From Candidatus Parcubacteria bacterium (GTDB taxonomy: Bacteria; Patescibacteriota; Minisyncoccia; SURF-38): a stretch of DNA of 58,395 nucleotides. The notes under the pieces were generated by a model, which saw only the letters and a program-made list of their open reading frames with translations, did not search any database and had not been told where the DNA came from. Below, piece by piece: positions 42,368 through 51,000 of this stretch. Within the stretch, counting starts at the first letter, position 1. Every line of letters starts with the position of its first letter. The DNA lies in assembly GCA_003599335.1 (NCBI GenBank), contig QZJN01000005.1:1-58395 (forward strand), given 5' to 3'. Made by a program: the position numbers and the translations under genes.

Positions 42368-43870
42368 ATGTCGTCGCGCCCAGCAAGCGTTCTTTTACAG
42401 CAACTCGAAATTAGGCTCATTCATCCCGACCCCAATCAACCGCGCAAGGCTTTCAGTGATCAAGAGATGGAAGAACTCGCTTCTTCTATTAGAGCTGAAG
42501 GCGTAATTCATCCGATCATTGTGCGTCCTCACCCAGAAATCCGCGGACACTATATGATTATGGATGGAGAGCGTCGTTGGAGGGCCTCGGCGATGGCAGG
42601 AAAACTAGTCATCCCTTGTATTGCCAAGGAAGGTTTGCTAAGCAATCTTGACATCCTGAAACTTCAAGTGATGGCAAACCTTCACCAAAAAAGGCTTAAC
42701 CCCATTGAGGAGGCCAGGTCTTTCAAGAGATTTCTGGAAGACGGGATGTCATTGAGCCAGCTCAGTGAGTTGATGAGCTTAAACTCTCAAACCATCAAAA
42801 TAAAGATGGAGCTGCTTAATCTTCCCGACGAGATCCAGCAGATGATCGTAGATGGGAAGTTGAGCCAGGGCCGTGCCTCAAACCTCAATCAGTTTCGTGG
42901 TCCCAAAGCTCGATTGATTTTTCTGGCACAAGCTCTGTTGCGGGGGGAAAAGCCTTTTGAACTGGAAACCTCCCAACTTCATGATACCGATCGAGGTGAC
43001 GAAATTATCCGTGGTCGGCTGGCCTACTCTGACCCGATTAAGATTTTTAGACGCCTGATGCAGTTTCTTTGGCGAAGTCGGGCAGGAGTTGAGGTTCTCT
43101 CTTTATTTTTATCTTTTTCAAACGAACAGTCTCGTCAGCTGCTCAACCGTATTCCTCGTAAGAACAAGGAGGGTTGGATTGAGTTGCTTGAGCGGATGTC
43201 TTCGGTCTGTGCCCGGTTGGCAGGTTTTCTCAAGGAAGTTCTTGAGGAGGATGCCAAGTTGGTTACAGAAAGAAATTCTGCCGTTGAGACAAAACCAAAA
43301 GGTAAAAATGGAGAGGCATCTATAGTTGTTGCAGACTCTAAGGTGGTCGAACTTCCAAAGCCGGCCCCAAAACCGACGGCTCCGACCACTAGGACTCTAA
43401 GCTCAAAGCCAGCCGCAAAAGCGCAACCGGCCGCACCCGTTGTTTCACAAGCAGAGTGGGCAACTCGCCACGCTCAAACGGCAACCCCTCGCAGGAAGGG
43501 TCCCGAACCTCTTCCACCTCCCAAGCCAATTGCCAAAGCCGGTGAGGCGCTGGAGGTTCTTACGGCGATGTTTTACTACAACTCGCCTGCTCGTTTGCAG
43601 GTTTGCCTGAGCCAACAAGTTTTGCGTCAGCGTCTAAGGATTAACGGCGCCGATGGCCAGCTTGTTGTTCGGGTAAAAGAGGCTTTCAAGGTGGCGAGAG
43701 AGAATTGGAAGAGGCCTCTCAACACCAAAGATCCTCAAGAGAAGGCTCTTGTTCAGCTGATTTCTTCCTTGAGGTTTGACTCGGGCGACACAACCTTTGA
43801 GCAATTTGTTGAGTCTATCCCGAGGAACGATCACTCTTTAGATCCAATCGACATTAAGTCCTTTACCTGA
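42368..43870 (+). CDS. ParB/Spo0J-family protein with long C-terminal extension
   Basis: IHPDPNQPRK.F, GVIHPIIVR, DGERRWRA, N..QKRLNPIEEA, HTH; GAGGAGG RBS. Confidence 0.9.
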   Translation: MSSRPASVLLQQLEIRLIHPDPNQPRKAFSDQEMEELASSIRAEGVIHPIIVRPHPEIRGHYMIMDGERRWRASAMAGKLVIPCIAKEGLLSNLDILKLQVMANLHQKRLNPIEEARSFKRFLEDGMSLSQLSELMSLNSQTIKIKMELLNLPDEIQQMIVDGKLSQGRASNLNQFRGPKARLIFLAQALLRGEKPFELETSQLHDTDRGDEIIRGRLAYSDPIKIFRRLMQFLWRSRAGVEVLSLFLSFSNEQSRQLLNRIPRKNKEGWIELLERMSSVCARLAGFLKEVLEEDAKLVTERNSAVETKPKGKNGEASIVVADSKVVELPKPAPKPTAPTTRTLSSKPAAKAQPAAPVVSQAEWATRHAQTATPRRKGPEPLPPPKPIAKAGEALEVLTAMFYYNSPARLQVCLSQQVLRQRLRINGADGQLVVRVKEAFKVARENWKRPLNTKDPQEKALVQLISSLRFDSGDTTFEQFVESIPRNDHSLDPIDIKSFT

Positions 43871-43909
43871 AGGCTCCCTGGCTAATTTAGCAGGGGGCCT
43901 TTTGTTTTT
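43871..43909 (+). terminator. Intrinsic terminator
   Basis: AGGCTCCCTGGCTA-ATT-TAGCAGGGGGCCT then TTTGTTTTT. Confidence 0.8.
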
Positions 43910-43944
43910 ATTATTAAAGTTGACGGGTATGATAAAGTGAAAAT

Positions 43945-45939
43945 ATGCAGGTTTTTACTTGTCCGATGCATCCAAATATACAGCGTGAAAAATCCGGACT
44001 TTGTCCCGAGTGTGGGATGAATTTAGTTCAGGCACCAGGCACCAGGCACCAGGAACCAGGGCGATTTGATAAACACGCTGGGCATAGCACTAATATATTC
44101 AAAGCCAAGTTTTGGGTAAGTTTAATTCTATCCATCCCAATAGTTGCATATTCCGACATCGCGCAAAGCCTTGTTGGTTATGAAGCGCCGATATTTTCCG
44201 GCTCCTTGTATATGCCCTTTGTGCTCGCTTCCATAATCTTTTTTTACGGCGGCTGGGTTTTTGTGGCCTCGGCCTATCGCGAGCTTAGGGCTAGGTTGCC
44301 AGGGATGATGACCCTCATTGCGCTTGCAATATCGGTGGCTTATTTTTACAGCGTTGCGGTTGTTTTTCTTGGCAATGGAGAGACCCTATTTTGGGAATTG
44401 GCCACATTGATAACTATAATGTTACTCGGTCATTGGATGGAAATGCGGGCGGTATCTGGCGCTCAAGGCGCCCTCAAGGAATTATCTAACTTGATTCCAG
44501 ACGAGGCAGAAGTTTTAAGAAACGGCACGACGGCAACAGTTTTGCTTTCTGATCTAAAAAAAGGAGATTTGGCGTTTGTAAGACCAGGCGCACGCGTGCC
44601 GGCCGACGGGATTATAAAACAGGGCAATTCAGACATTAACGAATCAATCGTTACCGGAGAATCAAAGCCCGTGAATAAAAAAATAGGGGATGGAGTTATT
44701 GCCGGTGCAACAAATGGCGACGGTTCACTTACTATTGAGATTACAAAAGTCGGTGAGGAAACATTTCTGGCCGGAGTGATGCGTTTGGTGGCAGAGGCAC
44801 AAAGTTCAAAATCCCGTTTGCAGATGTTTTCTGACAGGGCGGCCTTTTACCTCACTATTATCGCTGTTTCAACCGGAGCAATAACGCTTGCAATATGGCT
44901 TGCCCTAGCCGATGCGCCTTTTGCTATCAATCGTATGGTGGCGGTTTTGGTGATTGCCTGCCCGCATGCTCTTGGTCTTGCGATTCCCCTTGTCGCTTCT
45001 ATATCTACAACCAAGGCCGCGAAGAACGGATTTTTAGTAAAACAGCGTTTGGCTCTTGAAGCTGCACGAAGGGTTGATGTTGTGCTGTTTGATAAAACAG
45101 GCACTCTTACTGAAGGAAAATTTAAAGTAGTAAAATCAAGTTCGGATGAGGTTTTGATCTTGGCCGCATCAGTTAATTTTCATTCCGAGCATCCCATTGC
45201 AAAAGCGATGGTGGAGGAAGCGAAGAAAAAACGTTTGCCCTTGCAGGAGGCAACCGGGTTTAAGCGTGTGCCCGGTCTTGGGGCTGAAGCGCTTATTGGT
45301 GGCAAGCGAACATTTGTAGGCACAAAAGGGGGAGACAATATTGTGGTTGAAAGCAATGGAGAAATAATCGGGACAATAGATGTTGTTGATGCCATTCGCC
45401 CCGAGTCAAAAGAAGGGATTAAAAAGCTTAAGGAGGCGGGTGTTAAGGTTTTGATGATAACAGGAGATGGTGAATCAACGGCAAAGAAAGTTGCTCAAGA
45501 ACTTGGGCTTGATGAATATTTTGCTCGTGTGCTTCCGGAAGATAAGGTACACAAAGTCAGAGATTTACAAAATCGCGGATTGAAAGTTGCCATGGTTGGT
45601 GATGGGGTTAACGACGCTCCGGCTCTCACGCAAGCGGACTTGGGCATTGCCATTGGAGCCGGCACCAATGTTGCGATTGAATCTGCGGGTATTATTTTAG
45701 TAAAGGATGATCCGAGGGATATTCCTAAAATTATAAAGCTTTCCCGTATGACTTATACAAAAATGATTCAAAATCTCTTTTGGGCAACCGGATATAATAT
45801 TGTGGCCATACCTTTGGCAGCCGGCGTGTTGGCATTTAAAGGTATATTTTTGCAACCGGCTCTTGCCGCGGTATTTATGTCGCTTTCAACGGTTATTGTT
45901 GCCGTAAACGCCTTGCTTTTGAAAAACAAAAGATTATAA
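43945..45939 (+). CDS. Copper-transporting P1B-type ATPase (CPH motif, CopB-like) with N-terminal heavy-metal-binding domain
   Basis: FTCPMHP...GLCPECGM, TGES, CPHALG, DKTGT, SEHPIA, GDGVNDAPAL, YN and MSLST in the last TMs. Confidence 0.95.
   Translation: MQVFTCPMHPNIQREKSGLCPECGMNLVQAPGTRHQEPGRFDKHAGHSTNIFKAKFWVSLILSIPIVAYSDIAQSLVGYEAPIFSGSLYMPFVLASIIFFYGGWVFVASAYRELRARLPGMMTLIALAISVAYFYSVAVVFLGNGETLFWELATLITIMLLGHWMEMRAVSGAQGALKELSNLIPDEAEVLRNGTTATVLLSDLKKGDLAFVRPGARVPADGIIKQGNSDINESIVTGESKPVNKKIGDGVIAGATNGDGSLTIEITKVGEETFLAGVMRLVAEAQSSKSRLQMFSDRAAFYLTIIAVSTGAITLAIWLALADAPFAINRMVAVLVIACPHALGLAIPLVASISTTKAAKNGFLVKQRLALEAARRVDVVLFDKTGTLTEGKFKVVKSSSDEVLILAASVNFHSEHPIAKAMVEEAKKKRLPLQEATGFKRVPGLGAEALIGGKRTFVGTKGGDNIVVESNGEIIGTIDVVDAIRPESKEGIKKLKEAGVKVLMITGDGESTAKKVAQELGLDEYFARVLPEDKVHKVRDLQNRGLKVAMVGDGVNDAPALTQADLGIAIGAGTNVAIESAGIILVKDDPRDIPKIIKLSRMTYTKMIQNLFWATGYNIVAIPLAAGVLAFKGIFLQPALAAVFMSLSTVIVAVNALLLKNKRL
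44029..44060 (+). repeat. Intragenic 7-nt tandem repeat (CAGGCAC)x3 + CAGGAAC + CAGG
   Basis: Direct reading of sequence. Confidence 0.9.
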
Positions 45940-45962
45940 TTTTGGGTGTAACGTTTAAGAAA

Positions 45963-46163
45963 ATGAATCAAGAACCAAAAAGATTATATAAAAGCAATAA
46001 AAACAAGATATTTTGGGGCGTGATAGGAGGCATTGGAGAGTATTTTAATATTGATCCAACGCTTTTGCGTTTGGCCTGGATTTTGGTTGTTGTGCTCACA
46101 GCTTTTTTTCCGGGAGTGATAGCCTATATTCTTGCGGCAATGGTTGTGCCAAAGCACGCTTAA
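45963..46163 (+). CDS. PspC domain protein
   Basis: KRLYKS..NK.FWGVIGGIGEYFNIDPTLLRL...YI.A.MVVP. Confidence 0.93.
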   Translation: MNQEPKRLYKSNKNKIFWGVIGGIGEYFNIDPTLLRLAWILVVVLTAFFPGVIAYILAAMVVPKHA

Positions 46164-46385
46164 GTGAAAATTTTTGTTAAGGCTAAACCGAATTCAAAAA
46201 CGGAAAAAGTAGAACAAATCAACGAAGCCAATTTTAATGTTTTCGTAAAAGAGCCGCCGGTTCAGGGTAAAGCAAATAAAGCTATTATTTTGGCACTGGC
46301 GCGTCACTTTAATACTTCTCCATCAAAAATTTCTATTATCTCCGGCCATAACTCAAGGCAAAAAGTTATTAAGATCATTGAGTAA
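46164..46385 (+). CDS. DUF167 (YggU-like) protein
   Basis: VKAKPNSK, V.EPPVQGKAN.A.I..LA..F, I.SGHNSRQK. Confidence 0.93.
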   Translation: MKIFVKAKPNSKTEKVEQINEANFNVFVKEPPVQGKANKAIILALARHFNTSPSKISIISGHNSRQKVIKIIE

Positions 46386-46409
46386 AAAAACGCGCCCACC
46401 AGTAATCTT

Positions 46410-47177
46410 CTACCGATGGGCGGATGCGGCCACTTGGGCCTGTTTTTGTTCTTGTGCCAAAGCTTTCATTAGCAACTTGGTGATCTTTGGGTAACCACCG
46501 TCGCTGCCAACATACCTGGCAAAGGCTCTGTGTTTGTTTTTGTGCCAGCCGTGTTTTACGAGAAAGTTAGCTGCCGAAAAAATTGCATCGGCATTATTGG
46601 AAAGATCAATCTTACCGTCTCCATCGCCATCATAGCCATAAAGGCGGATGGAGATTGGCATAAACTGAACGATGCTTAAGGCCCCGCTTCTTGAGCCCAA
46701 GATTGTGAAGCAATCAACCCCCAAGTTTTTACAGTAAAGCGTAAGCTCCACAAATTCGTGAGCCCATCGGCGCCACCTTTTCTCGGGAGCGCGGGCCAAG
46801 AGGCTGTAGAGTGTGAGAATTGCCGGGTCTTTGCCAAGGTTTTCGCCCCACAAAGACTCAATTCCGACAAGGGCGACAATTGCTTCTTTTTGAACCCCAA
46901 ACTGCTTTTCGGCTTTTTCAAGAACGGAGGAGTTATTTTTCAAAAACTCCTTTGCGTTCGCCAGGCCCTCTTTGCCGAGAAGTTTTTCTTCAAGTTCAGC
47001 CCAGGTAAGTTCTGGCTTGCGAATTGGAATCACCTTGAGTCGGGGATCTTCAAAAAGAGCCACGGTCTCTTGTTTGGAAAGACCACCTTTGAGAAGGTCG
47101 GCCTTTACATGATTGATCCTATCGGGCGAAGGCGAAACGAGCAGGCTTGCTGTCAGAAGCGCGGCTGTAAAGAACAT
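46410..47177 (-). CDS. MltB-like lytic murein transglycosylase (SLT_2)
   Basis: AEKQFGV..EAIVALVGIESLWG, GSRSGAL...QFMP.S...YG.DGDGDG.IDL....DAI.S.AN.L..HGW; AAGGAG RBS; TATAAT on minus at 47209-14. Confidence 0.92.
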   Translation of the reverse strand: MFFTAALLTASLLVSPSPDRINHVKADLLKGGLSKQETVALFEDPRLKVIPIRKPELTWAELEEKLLGKEGLANAKEFLKNNSSVLEKAEKQFGVQKEAIVALVGIESLWGENLGKDPAILTLYSLLARAPEKRWRRWAHEFVELTLYCKNLGVDCFTILGSRSGALSIVQFMPISIRLYGYDGDGDGKIDLSNNADAIFSAANFLVKHGWHKNKHRAFARYVGSDGGYPKITKLLMKALAQEQKQAQVAASAHR

Positions 47178-47262
47178 GTTTTTCTCCTTAAGGAACAGAT
47201 TTAAAGTTATTATACTTTAGATTTTATTTTGGCAAAATATTGATTTAAGATAATCTTAATTT

Positions 47263-47592
47263 ATGAGCTCAAAAGATTTTCACGACTATATTATTAAGGA
47301 TGTATTTTTGGATATACCCGGTATTACTTCAAAGCGGATGTTTGGCGGATACGGTTTATACAAAGACGGAATATTTTTTGCAATAATTTCCGACGACGCG
47401 ATTTATTTTAAAGTCGGTCCAAACAATCAAGCAGATTTTGAAAAGAAAGGCAGTAAGCCTTTTACTTACGCGAAGAAAGACGGAAAACAAGTTGTAATGT
47501 CTTTTTGGGAATTTCCTCCAGACGTGATGGAAGATAAAGAAGAGTTGAAAGATTGGGTTGAAAAATCGGTTGAAGCGGCGAGAAACAAATAA
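47263..47592 (+). CDS. TfoX N-terminal domain protein
   Basis: KRMFGGYGLY.DG.FFA.I....YFKV......F...GS.PFTY. Confidence 0.93.
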   Translation: MSSKDFHDYIIKDVFLDIPGITSKRMFGGYGLYKDGIFFAIISDDAIYFKVGPNNQADFEKKGSKPFTYAKKDGKQVVMSFWEFPPDVMEDKEELKDWVEKSVEAARNK

Positions 47593-47612
47593 ACTCGCAA
47601 GGGTTTTGTATT

Positions 47613-47640
47613 TTGATCATTTGTGCGAGCGTGTTATCAT
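47613..47640 (+). promoter_or_regulatory. Extended -10 promoter (16-nt spacer)
   Basis: TTGATC (47613-18), 16 nt ending in TGT, TATCAT (47635-40). Confidence 0.6.
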
Positions 47641-47690
47641 CAATATAGTTGTTTCCATCTTCTCGAAAGGGGGTTTGCGTTTAACGCGCC

Positions 47691-48482
47691 ATGAGCACAA
47701 CAACTTTCGTTTTATGTGTCGTTGGACACTTCTTCTTTTCGCTGTTCATGCATAGTTTCTTTTTGCATCGTTACGTCACGCACGAGCAGTTCACGATGAG
47801 TCGCTTTTGGGAGAGGGTGTTTTACTTTCTCACCTGGTTCTCCCAAGGGCCTGCGTTTTTGCATCCCAAAGCGTACGCGATGATGCATCTTGAACATCAC
47901 GAACACAGCGATACGAAAAAAGATCCTCACTCGCCGCTCAACTTCTCAAGATCCAGGCTTGGTCTTGATTTTGCCGTTGCGGCACCGCGCATGATGCTCG
48001 CCACCAAGAGGTTGTACTTTCAAATCAAGCAAGAGGCCCACGCGATCGTCGAGCTGTATCGGCAAAGAAAGTTTCCAGAGTGGAGGTGGTTTGAGGGATT
48101 TGCGAGCAGTAGATCCATTATGATTGTGATGGGCGGTCTGTTTGCCTCGTTTTTCCTGTTTTTTGCGCCAACCTGGTGGTGCTGGCTATTGCTCCCGATT
48201 TCGATCTTGAGCGGGCCAATTCAGGGTGGCATTGTGAATTGGTGCGGCCATATGTGGGGATATAGAAACCACATCCTTCCCGACAACTCCCGCAACACTT
48301 GGGCGCTCTCGACTTTAACTCTTGGAGAGTTGTTCCAAAATAACCATCATCACGATCCGAAGCGAATCAACTTCGGAGAGCGGTGGTTCGAAATCGACCC
48401 TATTTACTGGATGATTTTGCTGTTCAGTAAACTCGGGATCGTTCGTTTGAAACCCGGCCTAGAAGTTAGTGTCCGGATTTGA
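47691..48482 (+). CDS. Membrane fatty acid (acyl-CoA/lipid) desaturase
   Basis: His boxes LHRYVTH, HLEHH, QNNHHH; SRN......GELFQNNHH.DP....FG..WFE.DP. Confidence 0.92.
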   Translation: MSTTTFVLCVVGHFFFSLFMHSFFLHRYVTHEQFTMSRFWERVFYFLTWFSQGPAFLHPKAYAMMHLEHHEHSDTKKDPHSPLNFSRSRLGLDFAVAAPRMMLATKRLYFQIKQEAHAIVELYRQRKFPEWRWFEGFASSRSIMIVMGGLFASFFLFFAPTWWCWLLLPISILSGPIQGGIVNWCGHMWGYRNHILPDNSRNTWALSTLTLGELFQNNHHHDPKRINFGERWFEIDPIYWMILLFSKLGIVRLKPGLEVSVRI

Positions 48483-48510
48483 AGGCCTGCTTGCATTCGC
48501 GAGCAGGCCT
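48483..48510 (+). terminator. Hairpin after desaturase
   Basis: AGGCCTGCTTGC-ATTC-GCGAGCAGGCCT. Confidence 0.75.
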
Positions 48511-48575
48511 GCTGTTTTATTTGCAGGCTTTAATAAATAATGTTTATACTCTGGGCAGATCCAAGGAGGTGGGCC

Positions 48576-48848
48576 ATGGAAGAAACCTTGAATTTTGAAG
48601 TTGGAGACCGGGTTTGTTGGAGACCTGAAGTTTCTCCGTTTACGAAGGGCAATCTTGGCGAAGGGCCTTTTATTGTTTCGGAAACAAGACCCGTGCCGGA
48701 CAATCCTCGTCTGGGGGTTGGACACCACCAATGGCTTGTACTAAAGAGGCTCGATGGTAGCATCATCACCGAGTCTCGAAGAGAGCCGGCGACTTTTTCG
48801 GGCGCTTTGTTTCAAAAGGCGAGCCTCATTGTCGCGGCTAAAGCATAG
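48576..48848 (+). CDS. Hypothetical protein, SH3/KOW-like start
   Basis: AAGGAGGTG RBS; TATACT at 48545-50; FEVGDRV...GPF.V. Confidence 0.8.
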   Translation: MEETLNFEVGDRVCWRPEVSPFTKGNLGEGPFIVSETRPVPDNPRLGVGHHQWLVLKRLDGSIITESRREPATFSGALFQKASLIVAAKA

Positions 48849-48857
48849 CCTCTGTTT

Positions 48858-48885
48858 TTGACAGGAAGAATAACCCAGCTATACT
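48858..48885 (+). promoter_or_regulatory. Near-consensus sigma70 promoter (16-nt spacer)
   Basis: TTGACA (48858-63), 16 nt, TATACT (48880-85). Confidence 0.8.
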
Positions 48886-48905
48886 TTTGGCAAGGAGGAA
48901 ACACC

Positions 48906-49289
48906 ATGCGTTCTTTGAGGCAGTGGAATCCGATAGAGTGCGTTCAGCGGGGTGCGAGGATCCTCGATATTTCGAGCCCGGGTTGGGCCGTAAAGATTGA
49001 CCCAGCCATTCTCAATCTCGAGAGCGGGGAAACCTGCATCCTCGGGCAGATCCACGGTTCGTTTGCTGATGGGAGCAGGCAACTTTTTCCGGACAGCGAC
49101 GTTCAGTTGTTGTATGGCCATGGCTTTGTGGCTCCGGCCATCGAAGGCGCCCGTCAACAACTGGAAGTGGCCTGGAAGAAAGAGATTGCTAAGAGGCTTC
49201 CGGTCAGATCGGACATCGGCGACCCCGACGCGCCGGTTCCGAGAGATCCGACAAAGCCGGTGGAAGAACCGGAGCTCGTCGCGGCCTGA
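48906..49289 (+). CDS. Hypothetical protein
   Basis: AAGGAGG 7 nt before ATG 48906; own promoter and terminator; RGARILD...PGW...ID...L.L.S...CILGQ.HG. Confidence 0.8.
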   Translation: MRSLRQWNPIECVQRGARILDISSPGWAVKIDPAILNLESGETCILGQIHGSFADGSRQLFPDSDVQLLYGHGFVAPAIEGARQQLEVAWKKEIAKRLPVRSDIGDPDAPVPRDPTKPVEEPELVAA

Positions 49290-49307
49290 AGATTCTGCAA
49301 CTTTGTG

Positions 49308-49344
49308 ACTGGGGTGTGCTTACGTGCGCCCCAGTTTGTTTTTT
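49308..49344 (+). terminator. Intrinsic terminator
   Basis: ACTGGGGTGTGC-TTAC-GTGCGCCCCAGT then TTGTTTTTT. Confidence 0.85.
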
Positions 49345-49378
49345 GAAAATAATTTTTATCGTGCTATAGTTTCAAAGT

Positions 49379-50170
49379 ATGGTAAATAAAAAAATTATTT
49401 TATCAGTAATAATAGTTGCAGCTGTTTTTGTAGGCTGGCAGATTTTGAACAAACAAACAAAAGAAATGAAAAACGTTGATATGCTTTCAAATGGAGATGA
49501 GGCCTCGGTTTTAAGCGATGAAGTTTCTTATTTTGGAGGGATTAAAGGATATTTTGTAAAACCAAAAGAGAGTGGTAATTACCCCGGAGTCGTGATGATT
49601 CATGAATGGTGGGGATTAAATGAAAATATAAAACAAATGGCACGCCAGCTTGCATCGGAGGGCTACAATGTTTTAGCAGTTGATTTACATAAAGGAAAGG
49701 TGGCGGCAACGGCCGAAGAGGCCAGGGCTTTGGTTTCTTCTTTAGATCAGCAAGAGGCTTTACGCAATTTAAGGGCGGCTGTTTCTTTTCTTCGTAACCA
49801 AGATTCAACCAAAATTGCCTCTTTGGGTTGGTGTTTTGGCGGGGGGCAATCGTTGCAACTTGCCCTTTCGGGCGAAGATCTTGATGCCACGGTGATTTAT
49901 TACGGTCAGTTAATTTCGGATAAAACCCGGCTCAGTAATATCAAATGGCCAGTTTTGGGAATCTTTGGAGATAAAGATAGCTCAATTCCTGTTTCTAGCG
50001 TTTACGATTTTCGTGATGCTCTAACGTTCCTTAGTATTCCAAACGAAGTCCATATTTACCCCGGGGTTGGACATGCTTTTGCCAATCCTTCTGGCGCAAA
50101 TTACGCTCCGCAAGAAACAACGGATGCCTGGACAAAAACCCTGACTTTTTTGGCGGAAAACCTTAAATAA
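49379..50170 (+). CDS. Dienelactone hydrolase family protein
   Basis: VMIHEWWGLN, GWCFGG, IYYG, FGDKD, YPGVGHAFAN. Confidence 0.95.
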   Translation: MVNKKIILSVIIVAAVFVGWQILNKQTKEMKNVDMLSNGDEASVLSDEVSYFGGIKGYFVKPKESGNYPGVVMIHEWWGLNENIKQMARQLASEGYNVLAVDLHKGKVAATAEEARALVSSLDQQEALRNLRAAVSFLRNQDSTKIASLGWCFGGGQSLQLALSGEDLDATVIYYGQLISDKTRLSNIKWPVLGIFGDKDSSIPVSSVYDFRDALTFLSIPNEVHIYPGVGHAFANPSGANYAPQETTDAWTKTLTFLAENLK

Positions 50171-50184
50171 ATATTTTCAAAGCA

Positions 50185-50937
50185 ATGCCCAAATTTTTAA
50201 TTTACGGAGCTTTTATAGCTTTATTTTTGGGATTTATTGCTTTTGCTTATGCCTATCAGGCTCAACGTTTTACTGATACCGAGGTTGGTTTTGAAGAAAT
50301 AACCCAAACAGAAATAAATGGTCTGCCTTTGGAATTTCAAAACTGGGAAAGGCCAGAAGGCCCTTTGAGGGTTGGCGTCCAAGTTGGTCATTGGCAGCTT
50401 GAAAACGTTCCGGAAGAGTTAAGTGGTTTGAGACGAACCGCAGGTACCCAGGGCGGCGGTAAAAAAGAGTGGGAGGTTGCTTTGGCAATTGCCCAAGAAC
50501 TTCAAGCCTTGCTTGAGAGCAAGGGTGTTGTCGTTGATCTTTTGCCGGCAACAATACCGCCAAGGTATTTTGCCGATGTTTTTGTTTCAATACATGCCGA
50601 TGGCAGCACTGACACTCGGGTTTCCGGATTTAAAGCCGCGGCTCCTTGGAGGGATTATACTGGTAAATCCCAGGAGCTGGTTTCGATTTTCAACGAAGAG
50701 TATGCCAAAACTACAGGAATGAAACAGGATTCAAATATTAGTAGAAGAATGAGGGGGTATTATGCTTTTAATTGGCGAAGGTACGAACACTCTATTCATC
50801 CGATGACCGTGGCGATGATTGTTGAAACCGGTTTTTTGACTAATCCCCAAGATCAAAGGATTCTTATAAATACTCCTGAGCGTCCGGCTCAAGGAATTGC
50901 CAACACGATTTTTAAGTTTTTAGATATTAATAACTAA
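50185..50937 (+). CDS. N-acetylmuramoyl-L-alanine amidase (Amidase_3), membrane-anchored
   Basis: VQVGH, E.EV.L.IA, FVSIHADG, IVETGFLTN..D. Confidence 0.9.
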   Translation: MPKFLIYGAFIALFLGFIAFAYAYQAQRFTDTEVGFEEITQTEINGLPLEFQNWERPEGPLRVGVQVGHWQLENVPEELSGLRRTAGTQGGGKKEWEVALAIAQELQALLESKGVVVDLLPATIPPRYFADVFVSIHADGSTDTRVSGFKAAAPWRDYTGKSQELVSIFNEEYAKTTGMKQDSNISRRMRGYYAFNWRRYEHSIHPMTVAMIVETGFLTNPQDQRILINTPERPAQGIANTIFKFLDINN

Positions 50938-50952
50938 ACAAAAAAAGAAACA

Positions 50953-50981
50953 GGCGACCCTTTCATAAATTCAGGGTCGCC
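50953..50981. terminator. Hairpin terminator between convergent genes
   Basis: GGCGACCCT...AGGGTCGCC preceded by an A-run (U-tract on minus). Confidence 0.8.
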
Positions 50982-51000
50982 CGTTGGCTTTTGCCGCTGG

